Source: Heptranchias perlo
Lineage: Eukaryota
Direction of reading: 5' to 3'
NCBI RefSeq assembly: GCF_035084215.1
Contig: NC_090343.1
Location: 33,604,001-33,668,000, forward strand
Length of the DNA stretch: 64,000 bases
The position numbers and the translations under genes were made by a program. A model generated the notes under the pieces. The model was not told the DNA's origin. It searched no databases and saw only the letters and a list, made by a program, of their open reading frames with translations. This document shows, one piece after another, positions 24,906 to 38,330 of this stretch. Position 1 is the stretch's first letter, and every line of letters starts with the position of its first letter.

Positions 24906-25514
24906 TATATGTGCTGCGGATGTCCAAAGTAAAAGAAGTAAATGCTTTGAAAGGATAGAAAAGATGACAGGAATCATTATATGCATCCAGCATTTTGGAA
25001 CTATTTTCAACCACTAAGTGAGTCTGATTACGCAATTCACAAATGATGGAGATTTAAGTGATTTAGCTTCATTCATGGAACAAAAGCCATATATCAAAAA
25101 TTAGGTGGGATCACAGTGGTAACAGTGGGAAAATAAGGCGGTAAAGATTTCTGCCATCTTCCCACTCGGACTTGGACTCCCCCCCTCACTCCGTCCCAGC
25201 TGGGGAGCTGCCCTTTTCCCACATGCTGTATGTAAATGACATCAAGAAAGTGGGGCCTGGGCTCTCAAGCCATTTCTCTCATATTTGCTTCAGTTATCAC
25301 CATTTCCCAGGACTGTCTGGTGGAAGGTGGCAGTAAGCCTGGGCAGCAGTGATAAAGGCCCCAATTGAGGGAGAGGGCCTAGTAAAGGCCTTCTCTCCCT
25401 CCACCTCAACCTGAGCATCTACTTTTTGTAGGCCTTCATTTTGGGTGAGGCTTACAAAAACTGTGGCCGGGATTTGTCATAGGAGCACCTCTGCCCCTTT
25501 AACTGCTGTTCTGA

Positions 25515-25815
25515 CAGAAGGGTTGGTAACCAGAGGACACAGATTTAAGGTGACTGTCAAAAGAAACCAGAGGCGACATAAGGAAAAAAAATTTAGCCAG
25601 CAAGTTGCTATGATCTGGAATGCACTGCCTGAAAGGGTGGTAGAAGCAGATTCAATACTAACTTTCAAAAGGTAATTGGATAAATACTTAAAGGGGAAAA
25701 ATTTACAGAGCTATTGGGAAAGAGCAGAGGAGTGGAACTAATTTGATGGCTCAACCAAAGAGCAGGTACAGGCATGATGGGCCGAATGGTCTCCTTCTGT
25801 GCTTTATCATTCTGC
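25515..25815 (+). mobile_element. CR1 3' end
   Basis: TRGHRFK and IWNALPERVVEA; GGGCCGAATGG near the tail. Confidence 0.8.
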
Positions 25816-25901
25816 TGCTTTGGGTGCTGCAGAGATGGTCCTGCTCATCAGTATTGACCCCCAACCCAGGAAAATGGGTCTGGGTTGGGGTGGAGTTCGA
25901 G

Positions 25902-26233
25902 TCGGGTTGCCAACTCTCCAGGATTGTCCTGGAGGCTCCAGGAATTGAAGATTAATCTCCAGGACTCTGCTGGAAGCAACACAGGAGAAGCTCTTTCAAC
26001 ACCTTTGTTTATTAGTTATAAAAATGTTGGCGATGGGAATGAAAAGGCTGTTTGGGTGACAGTAACGAATCATCCAATTGGGTAACGAGAGTCTGTTCGC
26101 AAGGGAAGGCGGTACGCTGCGAGAATGGACATGTTGGGCGACCAATGGGAGGTACGTGGGGGCGGGGCAGTTGGAAGAGGAGGTCATGTGATGAAACCTT
26201 TAGGAATACATCCAGCCAGAGTTGGCAACCCTA
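25902..26233. mobile_element. Non-autonomous hAT DNA transposon (MITE)
   Basis: TIR GGGTTGCCAACTCT / AGAGTTGGCAACCC; 8-bp TSD AGTTCGAG at 25894-25901 and 26234-26241. Confidence 0.9.
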
Positions 26234-27299
26234 AGTTCGAGGGGCAGGCCTGCAGTATGTTGTTTGTGAAGTATGTTTCTGAGTGATCTGCCAAACAGCC
26301 ACCTAGCAAAATACTTACAACTCTAGGTAAATTGAATGTGCTCTTTTTTTATAATTGTGGATTGTTTGTCGTTGGGGAGAAGTAGAACAGGAACTATGCA
26401 AAGCAAGCAGAGGGTTTGGAAAAGATACGGGAGCAAATAGGATTTTCCGCCCATTCTAAATAGTATGTGAATATTTATTATATCGTTGGAATAGCATTTG
26501 TTAATCACCTTTTATATAGAAATTCACTGGTTAAGTGTTGTACAGTGAGAACACTGTATCTGCTACAAAGGATAATCTTGTATTACTCTTTTGTCAGTTA
26601 TATGATGCTATAATCCTTCTGTGATTATGTCACAAAGATTGCATTATTCTCATGTCATGCAAACTCATGGGTTAATCCACCATTACTCATTTGTTGATAA
26701 AACTGCATGTTTTTAATTATGTACATGTGTTTTATGTAAAATAAAATTCTTTGAGTGAGTTCAGGATGAACTGAATACAGCAGGGATATAAGATGTAGGG
26801 GGTTACACAATAGGAGCCCTGCCCTTCTCAACTATAAGTGTGATTAGAACTGATTTTAAGGGATCCAGGAGATCACTCAGCTTCAACACATGGTAGAAGA
26901 GCTTTACAGAATCCAGCAAGGAACCACCAGTTTCCTGGACTGCAGCTCTTTTATTGTCCTCTGGACTTAGCCAAAAAGCTTTCCATTTACTATGTTTTAG
27001 TTCTTATACTATTCTTTATTTAAAAAAGACCCAACTATTCTTTAAACTTCAAGTTTTATTTCATTCATTGTGAAACCAGCACTGCCGAGAGTTGAACAGA
27101 ACTTAACAGAGAAACTCTACGGAAGCACATTGAACAGGTGTTTTTTTGCTGTAACATGATTAAAACGTTTACTTGAGAATGAGCACACAAACCCAAGCAT
27201 AATCACACTGTTATGAAACCTTTATTTCCATTGAAATCAATGTCATAGTCTTGTCTAGAGTTAAATGCTTACGTAATGTAATGACATCATAATTGTACC

Positions 27300-27530
27300 A
27301 TTTAGTTTATATTGCCTCTCCTCATTCTTCCTACTAAAATGCATCACTTCACACTTCTCTGCGTTAAATTTAATTTGTCATGTGTTTGCCCATTTCACCA
27401 GTCTGTCTATATCCTTCTGAAGTCTGTTACTATCCTCCACATTGTTTACTAAATTTCCAAGTTTCGTGTCATCTGCAAATTTTGATATTATATCCTTTAT
27501 ACCCAAATCTAGGTCATTAATATATATCAA
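27300..27530 (-). mobile_element. CR1 RT fragment
   Basis: The reverse complement encodes KFADDTKLG. Confidence 0.75.
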
Positions 27531-27904
27531 TGGTAAATGTTTTATTCTTGGTAAGGAGATGTTCAGGATGGTTCAGTTGACTTCTGGAGGGAAGTTATGT
27601 GTCCTGAAGATTATGCCAGTCCCAATATACATGTAATGGGCCTCAGGAATCTTTTTTTCATTTTTCCGAAGAAAATTACGATCAGTGAATTGTGTATGTA
27701 AAATTCTCACTGCGGTACAAGTGAATACAGAATTTGTTACACTGGTGAGGAAATCCTTAATAATTCGTAGGTGACTTTGGCATTTATAAATTATCAGATT
27801 TTCCTTATTCAATTAATAGTGTGCATTCCACAATTGTGCACGATATACATATAGTCTGTTATTTTAGATGTTGTTCTTAAATTGCTTAATTGTTTATTTT
27901 TTTT

Positions 27905-28060
27905 TAATATTCGTTCACGGGATGTGGGCGTCGCTGGCAAGGCCAGCATTTATTGCCCATCCATAATTGCCCTTGAGAAGGTGGTGGTGAGCCGCCTTCT
28001 TGAACCGCTGCAGTCCGTGTGGTGACGGTTCTCCCACAGTGCTGTTAGGAAGGGAGTTCC
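27905..28060 (-). mobile_element. LINE 3' end, CpG-retaining (younger) copy of the 10590 family
   Basis: GGATGTGGGCGTCGCTGGCAAGGCCAGC...GAACCGCTGCAGTCC. Confidence 0.75.
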
Positions 28061-28150
28061 TATCAGACAGAGCAAGAAAATGTCACTTGCCCTACATTCA
28101 ATTGGGCATAAAATGTATCTTTTGATAATTATATGTATTTTCCTTTCCAG

Positions 28151-28235
28151 GCTGAAACTGACATTGAGATTGTTCAGAATGGTCCTACTCGAGGAAAACC
28201 CGTACAGAATTCAGTTCAAAATAAGAGTGATACTG
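28151..28235 (+). CDS. BCAS1: BCAS1 second coding exon (AETDIEIVQNGPTRGKPVQNSVQNKSDT)
   Basis: ttttcctttccag acceptor, G|gtatgt donor; 85 nt, phase 0 to phase 1, exactly bridging the flanking exons. Confidence 0.75.
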
Positions 28236-28724
28236 GTATGTATAATCTGTTAAATAGATAAATCTCAAGTTAAGATGAACAACATCCTTTGTACCATTGT
28301 TCTCCATGCTCCAAGTTATTGGCCTTTAGACATTGAAGCTGATTACTTAAAATGTCAAATTTAGAACAAATCTATACTGCAGCCTGCTAACACTAAATTA
28401 ACATTCAGCAAATTTTCATTTTAATTTGCAACTTTTAAAACAGACCTCTCGTGTCATTATCATGGTCTTCAGATGGTTTAAAACCTAGGACCCAATTTCA
28501 AGAGACTTGTAACATCACACATACAATCTTAATCCGCCCAAGTAAGAATATATTTTCAATCCTGAATATACAACCTGATGCGACATTGAAGAAGCCATTA
28601 ATCTATCTTTACATACGGGTTAGTTGGGATGGAGATCAAAAGTCCCAGTTTAACTCCGGGCTAGTTTTGGTGGGTGAGCAGTGGTATGAGTTAGAAACTC
28701 ACCCGTTGCTCCAGAAATGAGACC

Positions 28725-29315
28725 CGTGGTATTTTAACTCCCGCCAGCCAACTTCTCACCCATTCCAGGCAGGAAGTCGGTGGGAAGCGACTGAAAATCA
28801 CACAGCCTGGAGGCCACCTGCCAATAGCAGGTAGGTACGGTATCGGCTGCTGGGGTCGCCTTACAAGGATCTCACAATCGGGAGGTGGAGGGCGATGATG
28901 AGTCCGCACTAGTGGAGGCCTAAGCTTTCCTGGTGGGTCTGGAGGAGCACTCGTGTATCTCCAGGCCCACAGGAAAGTAAAATAAAGTTAAAAACCTTAA
29001 TTGTTTGGGTCTCTTCTGGCCCTGGATTCTCTTCCCCGTTGTGTTCACCTGGCAGAAAAGCATCTGTGGCTTCCTGCTCAGGCTACCGAATTAAAATTGC
29101 AATTGGGTGCCAATGACGTAATTGGGACCTGACATGCATGTGTAAGAAAAAGACCCCGCTGGTTTTGGGCGGGTGTCCTTGCCACCTGCTCAGTTGAGCA
29201 TGTTAAAATTGGGAATCGTCAGTTCCCGGTGGCACTAGGGCAGGTAAGTAGTCTGGGCGATTTTAAGTGTCCACCCCAGTTTCTGCTGGGCGGGTAGGGT
29301 TAAAATCACTCCCCC
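28725..29315. mobile_element. Degenerate Harbinger-type MITE
   Basis: Ends GTATTTTAACTCCCGCC / GGCGGGTAGGGTTAAAATCAC; GC-rich body. Confidence 0.45.
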
Positions 29316-30685
29316 CAGAAATCACATACTGAACCAATTCATTCATATCTGAGAATATCATACTGCTGTTCCAATCTTGTCAGCCCCAGGGTTATGATTT
29401 CAGAATAACTAATTTCAATATTACATATATATTCTTATTTAGTGCAATTATTGCTGCACATGATATCTGCAGTTTATTGTATAAATTTTAAAGACCTCCC
29501 AAACCGGAAAATCACTGTGGGGTCGAGTTTAACTGTTTCCATTGAGCAGAAATCAGTGGCAGCGGGTCAGCTGCCCATTTTACACCCTGACCAATTTTCC
29601 TTTCCAATGATATCCCGCTGGTTGGAATGGTTAAAGTTGTCTACGTGATCTTAAACAGTAATTGTCACCTGCCTGTAATAGCTGATATGTGCAGAGCATT
29701 TGGGTGGAGGGGGTAATTGTAATTGTATTTAAATTTAGAGACGCACAAGCCTCTGCCCCATTCCACTCATAACACCATCTTGCAGTCGCATCAAGGTGTT
29801 TCCTTTAACTTGAATTTTTATTTAATGGCGCAATGGTGCCATTTTCAATTAAATATTTTTAATCAAGAATTGTCATTGTTGGAAAAGTATTTTGCAAATC
29901 TTTCTTGTTGGGGGAGAGAAGAGCTAGCTGTGTGTTTTGGACATCATGCACACGTAACTTTGTAATACATTTCATGGTGATATAATTAATACACTTTGTA
30001 TGTTGTATATGTTTATACGTAAACAAATGAAACAATGATTTACCAAACATATTTCTTCATGAAGTTTATTCCCCCTTTAATTAAAAGCACAGGTCTCCAC
30101 CATCCCATCCCAAAAAACAAAAAATTGAAAGTTCCAAATAACCATTGTCCACAAATTGTTTGCTTGTGTATGCAATCAGAGAAGTAATGGTCATTAAACT
30201 TCCTGCCATGTTCCATCTACTCCTTAGTTCACTATCACAGCTCAGACATAACAGGGCAGAAGTAATTTAAAGTAAGCAATAAAAGTTAATTTGTTACCAT
30301 GAAATTGTTTTTCAAACCAGACCAGTAAACTTGTGCATAAACTATGCTGCATTGGTGCTGATGTATATAGAAGTAGTAAAATCCAATTTTATTCATGAAC
30401 ATGAAATTTCTGTCATTCTGAGAAAGGCAGTATAAATGGAGGAATTGAGTCTAATTCTGTTCTTGTAGTATTAGTTCTCTGCCAATAAATGGCTCTAGTA
30501 CGCTTTGTGAACACTTCTGTACTTGTTCACAAAGGAAACCAAAACACTATAACTGATCATTTCTGCATTGCCAACTTTTAGACTAGTGTTGAAGAGAGGT
30601 AATTAAATAATCAGAATTACTTCCAACTGAATTGTCTCAATGGGCAAAATTAATTATTTTTAATTGAAACTCCATCTTTCTATGA

Positions 30686-31930
30686 CATAAGAACATCAGA
30701 ACATAAGAAATAGGAGCAGGAGTAGACCATACGGCCCCTCAAGCCTGCTCCGCCATTCAATAAGATCATGGCTGATCTTCTACCTCAACTCCACTTTCCC
30801 ACCCTATCCCCAAATCCCTTGATTCCCTTGGTGTCCATTATCCATCGATCTCAGTCTTGAATATACTCAATGCCTGAGCATCCACGGCCCTCTGGGGTAG
30901 AGAATTCCAAGGATTCACAACCCTCTGATTGAAGAAATTTTTCCTCATCTCGGTCCTAAATGGCCGACCCCTTATCTTGAAACTATGACCTCTAGTTCTA
31001 GACTCTCCAGCCAGGGGGCACAGCCTCTACCCTGTCAAGTCCTCTAAGAATTTTATATGTTACAATGAGATCATCTCTCATCCTTATAAACTCCAGAGGA
31101 TATAAGCCCAAACTACTCAATCTCTCCTCACAGGACAACCCTCTCATCCTAGGAATTAATCTAGTGAACCTTTGTTGCACCCCCTCCAAGACAAGTGTAT
31201 CCTTCCTTAGGTAAGGAGATTAAAACTGTATATAGTACTTCACGTGTGATCTCACCAGAGCCCGATATAATTGCAGCAAGACTTCCTTACTCTAATACTC
31301 CAACCCTTTTGCAATAAAGGCCAACATACCATTTGCCTTCCTAATTGCTTGCTGTACCTACATGTTAATTTCCTGTGATTCATGTACAAGGACACCCAAA
31401 TCCCTCTGACTACCAACATTTCTTAGTCTCCTACCTTTTAAAAAATATTCTGCTTTTCTAATCTTTCTACCAAAATAGATAATTTCACATTTCCCCACAT
31501 TATATTCCATCTGCCACCTTCTTGCCCACTCACTTAACCTGTCTACATCCCTTTGCAGCCTCTTTGCGTCCTCCTCACAGCTTACTTTCCCACCTAGCCA
31601 CCCCACTAGTTACAACCTGCCAACCTGAAAATGACCCGTTTATTCCTACTCTCTGATTTCTGTCCATTAACCAATCCTCAATCCACGCTAATATATTACC
31701 CCCAATCCCATGAGCCCTAATCTTGTGTAACAACCTCTTGTGTGGCACCTTATCGAATGCTTTTTGAAAATCCAAATATACTCCATCCACTGGTTCCCTC
31801 TTATGTACCCTGCTAGTTACACCCTCAAAAAACTCTAATAGCTTTGCCAAACATGAATTCCCTTTCATAAAACCGTGTGGACTCTGCCTAATCATATTAT
31901 AATTTTCTAAGTGCCCTGTTACTATGTCCT
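30686..31930 (-). mobile_element. CR1 3' fragment with internal deletion
   Basis: ORFs with YLDFQKAFDKVPH, WQMEYNVGKC and QRFTRLIP; (CATAAGAA)n tail. Confidence 0.9.
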
Positions 31931-32820
31931 TAATAATAGATTCTAGTATTTCTTGGTCATGACCAAAAAGCTGAAAGAGTTAGCAGGTTTTCCTACAAGT
32001 CATTCAGTCCATCGTAGAGCACAGCTGAACAAAAAGCAAAGGCAGCATTTAAATATCAATCTTTATAGAGTCAGAGCCCAAAGAACGCCATAATGCTAAG
32101 AAGTATTAGTGTGTTGTCCTGTGGATTTGCAGGTAGTTCTTGGGACAAATATGAATCTCCAGATAGCTTCAAGTCATGTTTGCTTATGGATTAGTAATGC
32201 AAACAGTGGTGAAGTACACCCAGCATTTAAGAGAATGAGCTTTGTGAATGACCAGGATGTCACTGTTTAAAGAATATTCTGAGGTGTAATTAGCATGCTG
32301 TCATGGGTTGACACCCAAAGTTCAAGTACATATATCCGATAATTCATTGTACATGGTAGGAAGTTGAGCCCAGTTAGGTGTCATTGCATTTGCTGTTCAC
32401 ACAAAGGATTTTTTTTTAACAATTAAAAACAATCAGTCATTATAAATAAAAGGCAGAGCCCATAAGTTAACCTGAATTGAAAATGTAAATTATTCATTTA
32501 AAGTTATCGGGGGTTAAATTGGGTAACCCCTGAAAACGGACGCTGGGATTGTGGTGTGCGATTAACTCGCGCTCATTGGTTGCGATGCAGGCAGCACGTA
32601 ACATCCATGCTGCCTGATCATTTAAATGATTGCTGCGTGCAGCCAGCGCTACCTGCGCTGTTGATTGGCTGCATGCACCAGCAGGGGGCCCTGATATCAG
32701 GAGTGGCTAGCACTACTTAAAGGCAGCCTGTACCTCTTAAAGGGGAGGTGCATTGTGGCTGCAGGAAGCACTGGAATTCGTTTGGCAACTAACTGTGATG
32801 CAGGATAGTGAGGAATAGCT

Positions 32821-34700
32821 GTGTCTACAAGACAGCATGGACCAAGATTCTCAGACAGGGCATTAGAGGCCTTGGTGGAAGAGGTGGAGGTACAAAGGGG
32901 CATTCTTTGTCCACAGGAGGGCAGGAGGCCTTCCAGATATATGCTCAAGAAGCAGTGGGAGGAAGTCGCGCACAAGGTCAATGCCAGGAACATCATACCA
33001 CGCACATGGATGCAGTACAGGAAGAAGTCCAATGATTTGACACGAGTGGTCAAGGTGAGTGACTTCAACTGTTAAGTGGCATTTCTTACCAACTACACCT
33101 CTAGCTGCATCCACTGCTCCACGCACTACACCCCCCCATCACTCACCTACCAACAAACTATTGCAATCAGCACACAACTTTCCAAATCAAATGCTTCATC
33201 ACACAACTTTCCAAATCAAATGCTTCATCTCACCTTCACACATTACCACCCTTGCAAGCCGCACAACCACAACTCACAGGTCACACACACTGGCAGCTAT
33301 TCAACCATGACAGCCACATCACCCAAACATCTTGCAGGACACTCACTGACACACTCCCCTCTTTCTTGCAGAAGAAGGTGGCTCGTAACAACAGGGGAGG
33401 AAAGGCACGCTTACTTGTCTTCACCCCCAAGAAGGAGACAGTGCTGTCGATCATTGGACAGGCCGTCACTGCGGCTGTGGCCACTGGCGATGCTGGAGGT
33501 ATTGATGATGAGGGTCTCTGCATACCTATACCTCCTTCTCACTTCCCACTTCTCCCTCATCTCACAATCTTTTCTGACTCACGTGCTGCAGATGGTGTAA
33601 GCACGCACGTCTTACTTTCTCCTCTCCCCGCACCACAACTCAACTCGTGTCCCTTTATCATTTCAGATACCCAAGAATTGGAATTGGCACAGTCAGAGGA
33701 GGCAGAGGATGATGACAGTGATGATGCAGATACACCGTCACTCGATCTTACACTCGCAGCCACCAACTCAGGGACTGATACTGCACGTTGTTTAGAGGCT
33801 AGGATAGAGGAGGGACCTGCCTGTGGTGAGACACCGGGCACAAGTGCGCAGGAGCCGGGGCGGGGGGAACTGATACCACAGGTGCCAGTCTGCCAGAGGG
33901 CAAGGTTGTAGACTAGTTCTGCTGCAGAGGAGTCAGATGATGACTTTGATGGGCCAGGCTGCAGAAGAAGGCTGATGGGCATACACAACCAAATGCTTAG
34001 TGCACTGGAAAGCCTGTCAGAAAGCCTGTGCACAATGTCAAGGGGCATGGAGGAGTGCAGCTCCAACTTGGCACAGGGCTTTGCACAGAGATGGAGCCCG
34101 TCCTTTCCCACATGGAATGGGTGGTCACCTCCATCAGCGCACCTGTGGAACCCACCGTGATGCAGTGTCTGATGACAGATGTCACAGCTTCCATTGCAGC
34201 ACAAACAAGGTCTGACAGCTGCTTTGGAAGCTCAGGCTGCTACTATCGTGGCTCTGGGTACCACTGTGAAATGGGGCTTCCAGGGCATCACAGCAGTCCA
34301 GCAATCTGTTCTCCAGCAGATCACCAGGATTGCTGAGGCGCCGCCCCAGGAGAGTGGCAGTGGCGTCAAGGAAGATGAACCTGCTGCCCTCTGTCAGGAT
34401 GACCGCATTACTGCTCCCACCCTTGCCACTCTGCCAGTGCCCTTGCTGTTGCCTGTCAGCCAGCCAGGCCAGACTGTTGCAGCCCAGGTCGAGATGGTGC
34501 AATCTGAAGATGGGCCCTCCCGGCCCAGAACTGCTCAACGTCATCCGTCAAGGCCATCTGCACACTGCTCCATTGAAAGCCAGCAGCCTTCCACCACCCA
34601 TGCTCCAGCCATTGGGGATGCACCTCGTAGATGCACTAGGAAAGGTAAAGGCACACGAACAACAGGCACTAAGGGAATGCGCAAGGGTGAATGGTGTTAG
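32821..34700 (+). pseudogene. Harbinger Myb/SANT-like DNA-binding protein gene, 3 exons (32821-33054, 33372-33513, 33667-~34700)
   Basis: PRFSDRALEALV..WEEVA..RTWMQYRKKSNDL; donor AAG|gtgagt, acceptors ttgcag and tttcag with consistent phases; stops and frameshifts in exon 3. Confidence 0.8.
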
Positions 34701-34869
34701 TTTGTTTTAATCATTTGATGTGTAAATCTATAAATGTGGCTATGAATTTGTATTTGGTGTTGGTTTTTATTTCTGCGATGAGCTGAGGGCGGAAGCAATG
34801 TGTAATCATAAGGAGGACGACTTGATGGTCATGTGGAAGAGGAAAGATAAGGAGTGTGGGACTGTTGGT

Positions 34870-35966
34870 GAATGGGGAGGTGTCGTTGAGGTTACTGAAC
34901 TCGCTGAATAGTAATCTTATCACGCAGAACCCTGGCGGACAGGGTCTGTCTACCTTGTGGCCTCCCTGCCTCTTTCTCCACTTCCTCCTCCTCCTCCTCC
35001 ACTTCCTCCTCCATCTCTTCCTCCTCTTCCTCATCCTCTGCCTTTTCCTTTGTGTCTTGCTCAGGTTCTCACCTAATAGGCGGTGGCAAGGGCTGCTCCC
35101 TCATAATGCCGAGGTTGTGCAGCATGCATCATACAATGACAAATCTTGATACCCGCTCAGCTGAGTACTGCAGGGCTCCTCCAGAGTGGTCCTGGCAGCG
35201 GGAGCAATGCTTGAGGATGCATATGGTGTGCTCAATGATGTTCCATGTGGCAGCATGGCTCTAGTTGTACGCCTGCTGTGTGTGCATTCCGGACCAGAGT
35301 CATGAGCCATTTCATGAGGGCATAAACCCTTGTCGTTCGGTCTTTGACTTGCCGTGCTGGTTGAAATATAAGTGGCACATTGGATATGGCCGAGTTCAGA
35401 TGTGGAGCACGCATGACAAAGTGCATGCAGTCACTGGCACCCTGCACCATGGGGAAGCCTGTAATGTGAGCAAACCCTTGTGCTTGCTCATGCTGCTTGT
35501 ATCTGTCAAGAGGGAACGTGATGAATCTGTTTCTGAGTGCGTACAGAGCCTCAGTGACCTCCCCTATACAGGAGTGCAATGCAAACTGCGAGATGTTGCT
35601 TATATCTCCAGCAGCAGCCTGAAAGGAGCCAGAGCCAGAGCCATAAAGATTAAGCGCTACGGTTACTTTGACAGCCATAGGCAATGCTGCCTTTGCCCTG
35701 CTCCGAGACAGCAGTTAACAAATCTCAGTCACGACCTCTTTCGTGAACCGCAGCGGTCGGATGCACTGATCATTGCTGAAGTTGAGGTAAGAGAATTGAT
35801 CCCTGAAGGCTCTCATTGGATATGGCCTCCTGTAGAGTGCCTTGCTCCTCTTCCTCCTCCTCCCTTTTCTGGCAGCTTGTCCAGCTCTTCGTGGCCTCTC
35901 TGCGTGCTCCCAGTCATGTTCAATTCCCAGAGGAAGCCCCAGCAGGCCACCCATGTCTGGAAGCAA
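34870..35966 (-). pseudogene. Harbinger DDE transposase (HARBI1-like), disrupted
   Basis: RFTKEVVTEIC, VKVTVALN..GSFQ, GFPMVQGASDCMH and EHTI remnants. Confidence 0.85.
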
Positions 35967-36654
35967 CCTTGTTCAGCACACTATTTTAAATGCCACTAAC
36001 AATACGACACAACCATGCTCTATATAACACAGCAACTTTCTCCAAGTATAGGAAACTTCCACAAACACCCACAATTGTACCAGCAGCCAGAATAACTAAT
36101 CCAGCAACTAATCTGTAACTCCTGCATGATCCCTTTAAAATAGCGCTGTTGCGGGGATCCATCATGCCCTTTAACTCCTGTTCAGCTACACGTTTCCAGC
36201 GTACGTTAGGTGCGCATTCACCTTTACCAATATGGCACCCTACACGTCGAAAGTGTGCGCATGCATCTCGGGCGCCATTTTCGGGCTTAGGTGTGCACGT
36301 AGCGCCTACAAAACGGGCACTACTTTTGGTCCCTATATTTTGACGTAGATGAGTAGTTCAGAAAGGTGATTCACCTTGAAGTGGCACGTGCTAACGCTGT
36401 AAAAATACTGACCCTGAATACAAGATTAGCCTCACATTGCATTTGAAACCATGATAACCATGTTACTTTATTTAAAATATTCTATTTTACCAGTTGGGTG
36501 TGTGCTGCTGAACCTCTTAAATGTCTAGTATAGAGTACAATATGTACCTTATATCTTTCTGTTCAAAGATTAATAAAAGAAACAAATGTAGGTTATAATG
36601 TAGCAATGTTCAGTATAATAGAGCATGCATCAATGGGTTATATAAATTGCAAAT

Positions 36655-37045
36655 TAAAATTCTCATCATGTTTTAACCCCTTCATGGCCTTGCCCCTCCC
36701 TCTCTCTGTATCCTCCCCAACCCCTACAATTCACTCCAGAACTCGCCGTTGCTCCGAATCTGACCTCTCGTGCACTACCTTGTGTTTTGCCCTATTATTG
36801 GTAGCTGTGCCTTCAGCCATCGAAGCCGCATGGTCTGGAATTTCCCCCTTGATCTCCTCTGCCCCTCCACCACCCTCTCCTCTTGTAAGACCCTTCTTAA
36901 AATCCACCTCGGACCAAGATTTTGGGCACTTCTTCTAATATCTCCTTCTTTGGCTTGGCATTCATTTGTGTCTGATTATGTCTCTGTGAAGCCCTCGAGG
37001 ACTTTTTTTTTGTGTTAAAGACGGTACATAAATGCATGTTGTTGT
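36655..37045 (+). mobile_element. L2 3' fragment
   Basis: GCCTTCAGCC..TGGAATT..CTTAAAATCCACCTC and (GTT)n tail. Confidence 0.7.
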
Positions 37046-37209
37046 TATATTGCAGCTAATTGTATGTGTAAACAGTCTTAAACAAAATTTAATGATAAAA
37101 AAGTAACATGAAAATTGTGTTTAAACATAAACCTATTGAAATTCAAAGATCTGGTTAAAAAGAAAAGAAAAAATAAGCCACATAAAAAAGGATTTCATTT
37201 AATATTATT

Positions 37210-37478
37210 CATTGAAATTTAAGGACCAGTGCATACTCCACTCAGTGCTGACCAATTTCCGGAATGGGTCGTGAAACAGGCGTTAGGCCCCTCATTAGCC
37301 TATGCAAAGGCCTAATGCCCGTTTTAGGCAGCTGCCAGGGAGCCTGAATGTTGCCCAACCCCCATATGGGGTTGGACTAATTTCAGGCACCATTGGGGCA
37401 CGGGCACTGTGAAATTGGTGCTGCTTGCCCCCATTCTGCACCCGAAAAATGAGCGCAATGAGGTCCAATTTCTAGGCT
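37210..37478. mobile_element. MITE fragment related to 58400-59116
   Basis: Shared GGCRTTAGGCCCCT..ATT.GCCTAT.CAAA motif; end CAATTTCTAGGC. Confidence 0.5.
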
Positions 37479-38270
37479 ATGGTTTGGGTTAATGTCTGAA
37501 TTTTCTTTCTATCTGAATGGGTCTCATTCAATTCAAGTAACTGACAGGGTACTGTAGTTACACGTGCCGACAATTACTGTGATTTGCTGATATAATAGGC
37601 ACCAGTGGAATTGTACTCCGTAAATCTGCCTAAACAATCCAGTGATTGTTCACTGTTGTAAAATAAAAAAGAAATCACTGCTGACAGTGAGACCTAAACA
37701 TGTTTTTACTTATTTGTCACACAATCATAGCTGTTTCACAAACGTGACAGAGCACGGTTAACCCGTAGTGAGATACCGTACATCAAATACTCCTTTGCAA
37801 TGTGTTCTGTTTTACCTCAGATTCTCACTCAAAAGTGAAAGCAATTATTAAACCTCATTGACATTTTAAAAATATTTTTAACAGTGTGTTAATGGATTGA
37901 GTTGTTGTTCTCCTGTGCTGTTTATTTTTGGACAAAATGCACATCATTTCTCACATGGGCAGTTAGTTTTGAAATCATTGTGTTACAGATTTTCCTATAA
38001 ACAGACTCCATCGTGGCAGAAAAACAATTAAAAACTCATTATATCAAATGTGAATTTAAAGTTAAAAAATCTGAAACTATGATTACCTAGGGGGAGTGGA
38101 ATGGCCAAGTATTTGGGTACATCCTTGTTACTGAGTAGGTGTGAGGGAGGATTGAGAAAGTTGTATATAATGCAGTACTGCATATACATCTCTTCTATTT
38201 CTTTTTATTCTCTAGTATTTTCTTTTTCATTATTCTGTCTCTTTCCATTCTTCATTTGTTCCATCTGAAG

Positions 38271-38330
38271 ATATGTGGAGATTTGATTACCTGTTGAGGA
38301 GATTACATTTAAAGTCTGGAGACTTCACAG
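38271..38330 (+). other. Candidate BCAS1 cassette exon, 60 nt, phase 1-1 (DMWRFDYLLRRLHLKSGDFT)
   Basis: ~80-nt pyrimidine tract, aag| acceptor, CAG|gtatgt donor; open in the BCAS1 frame. Confidence 0.4.

Larger units (their letters stand above)
32510..36333. mobile_element. PIF/Harbinger transposon family A, near full-length, degenerate
   Basis: Convergent Myb/SANT-like gene (+) and HARBI1-like transposase (-); left end GGGGTTAAATTGGG; right TIR poorly conserved. Confidence 0.85.
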
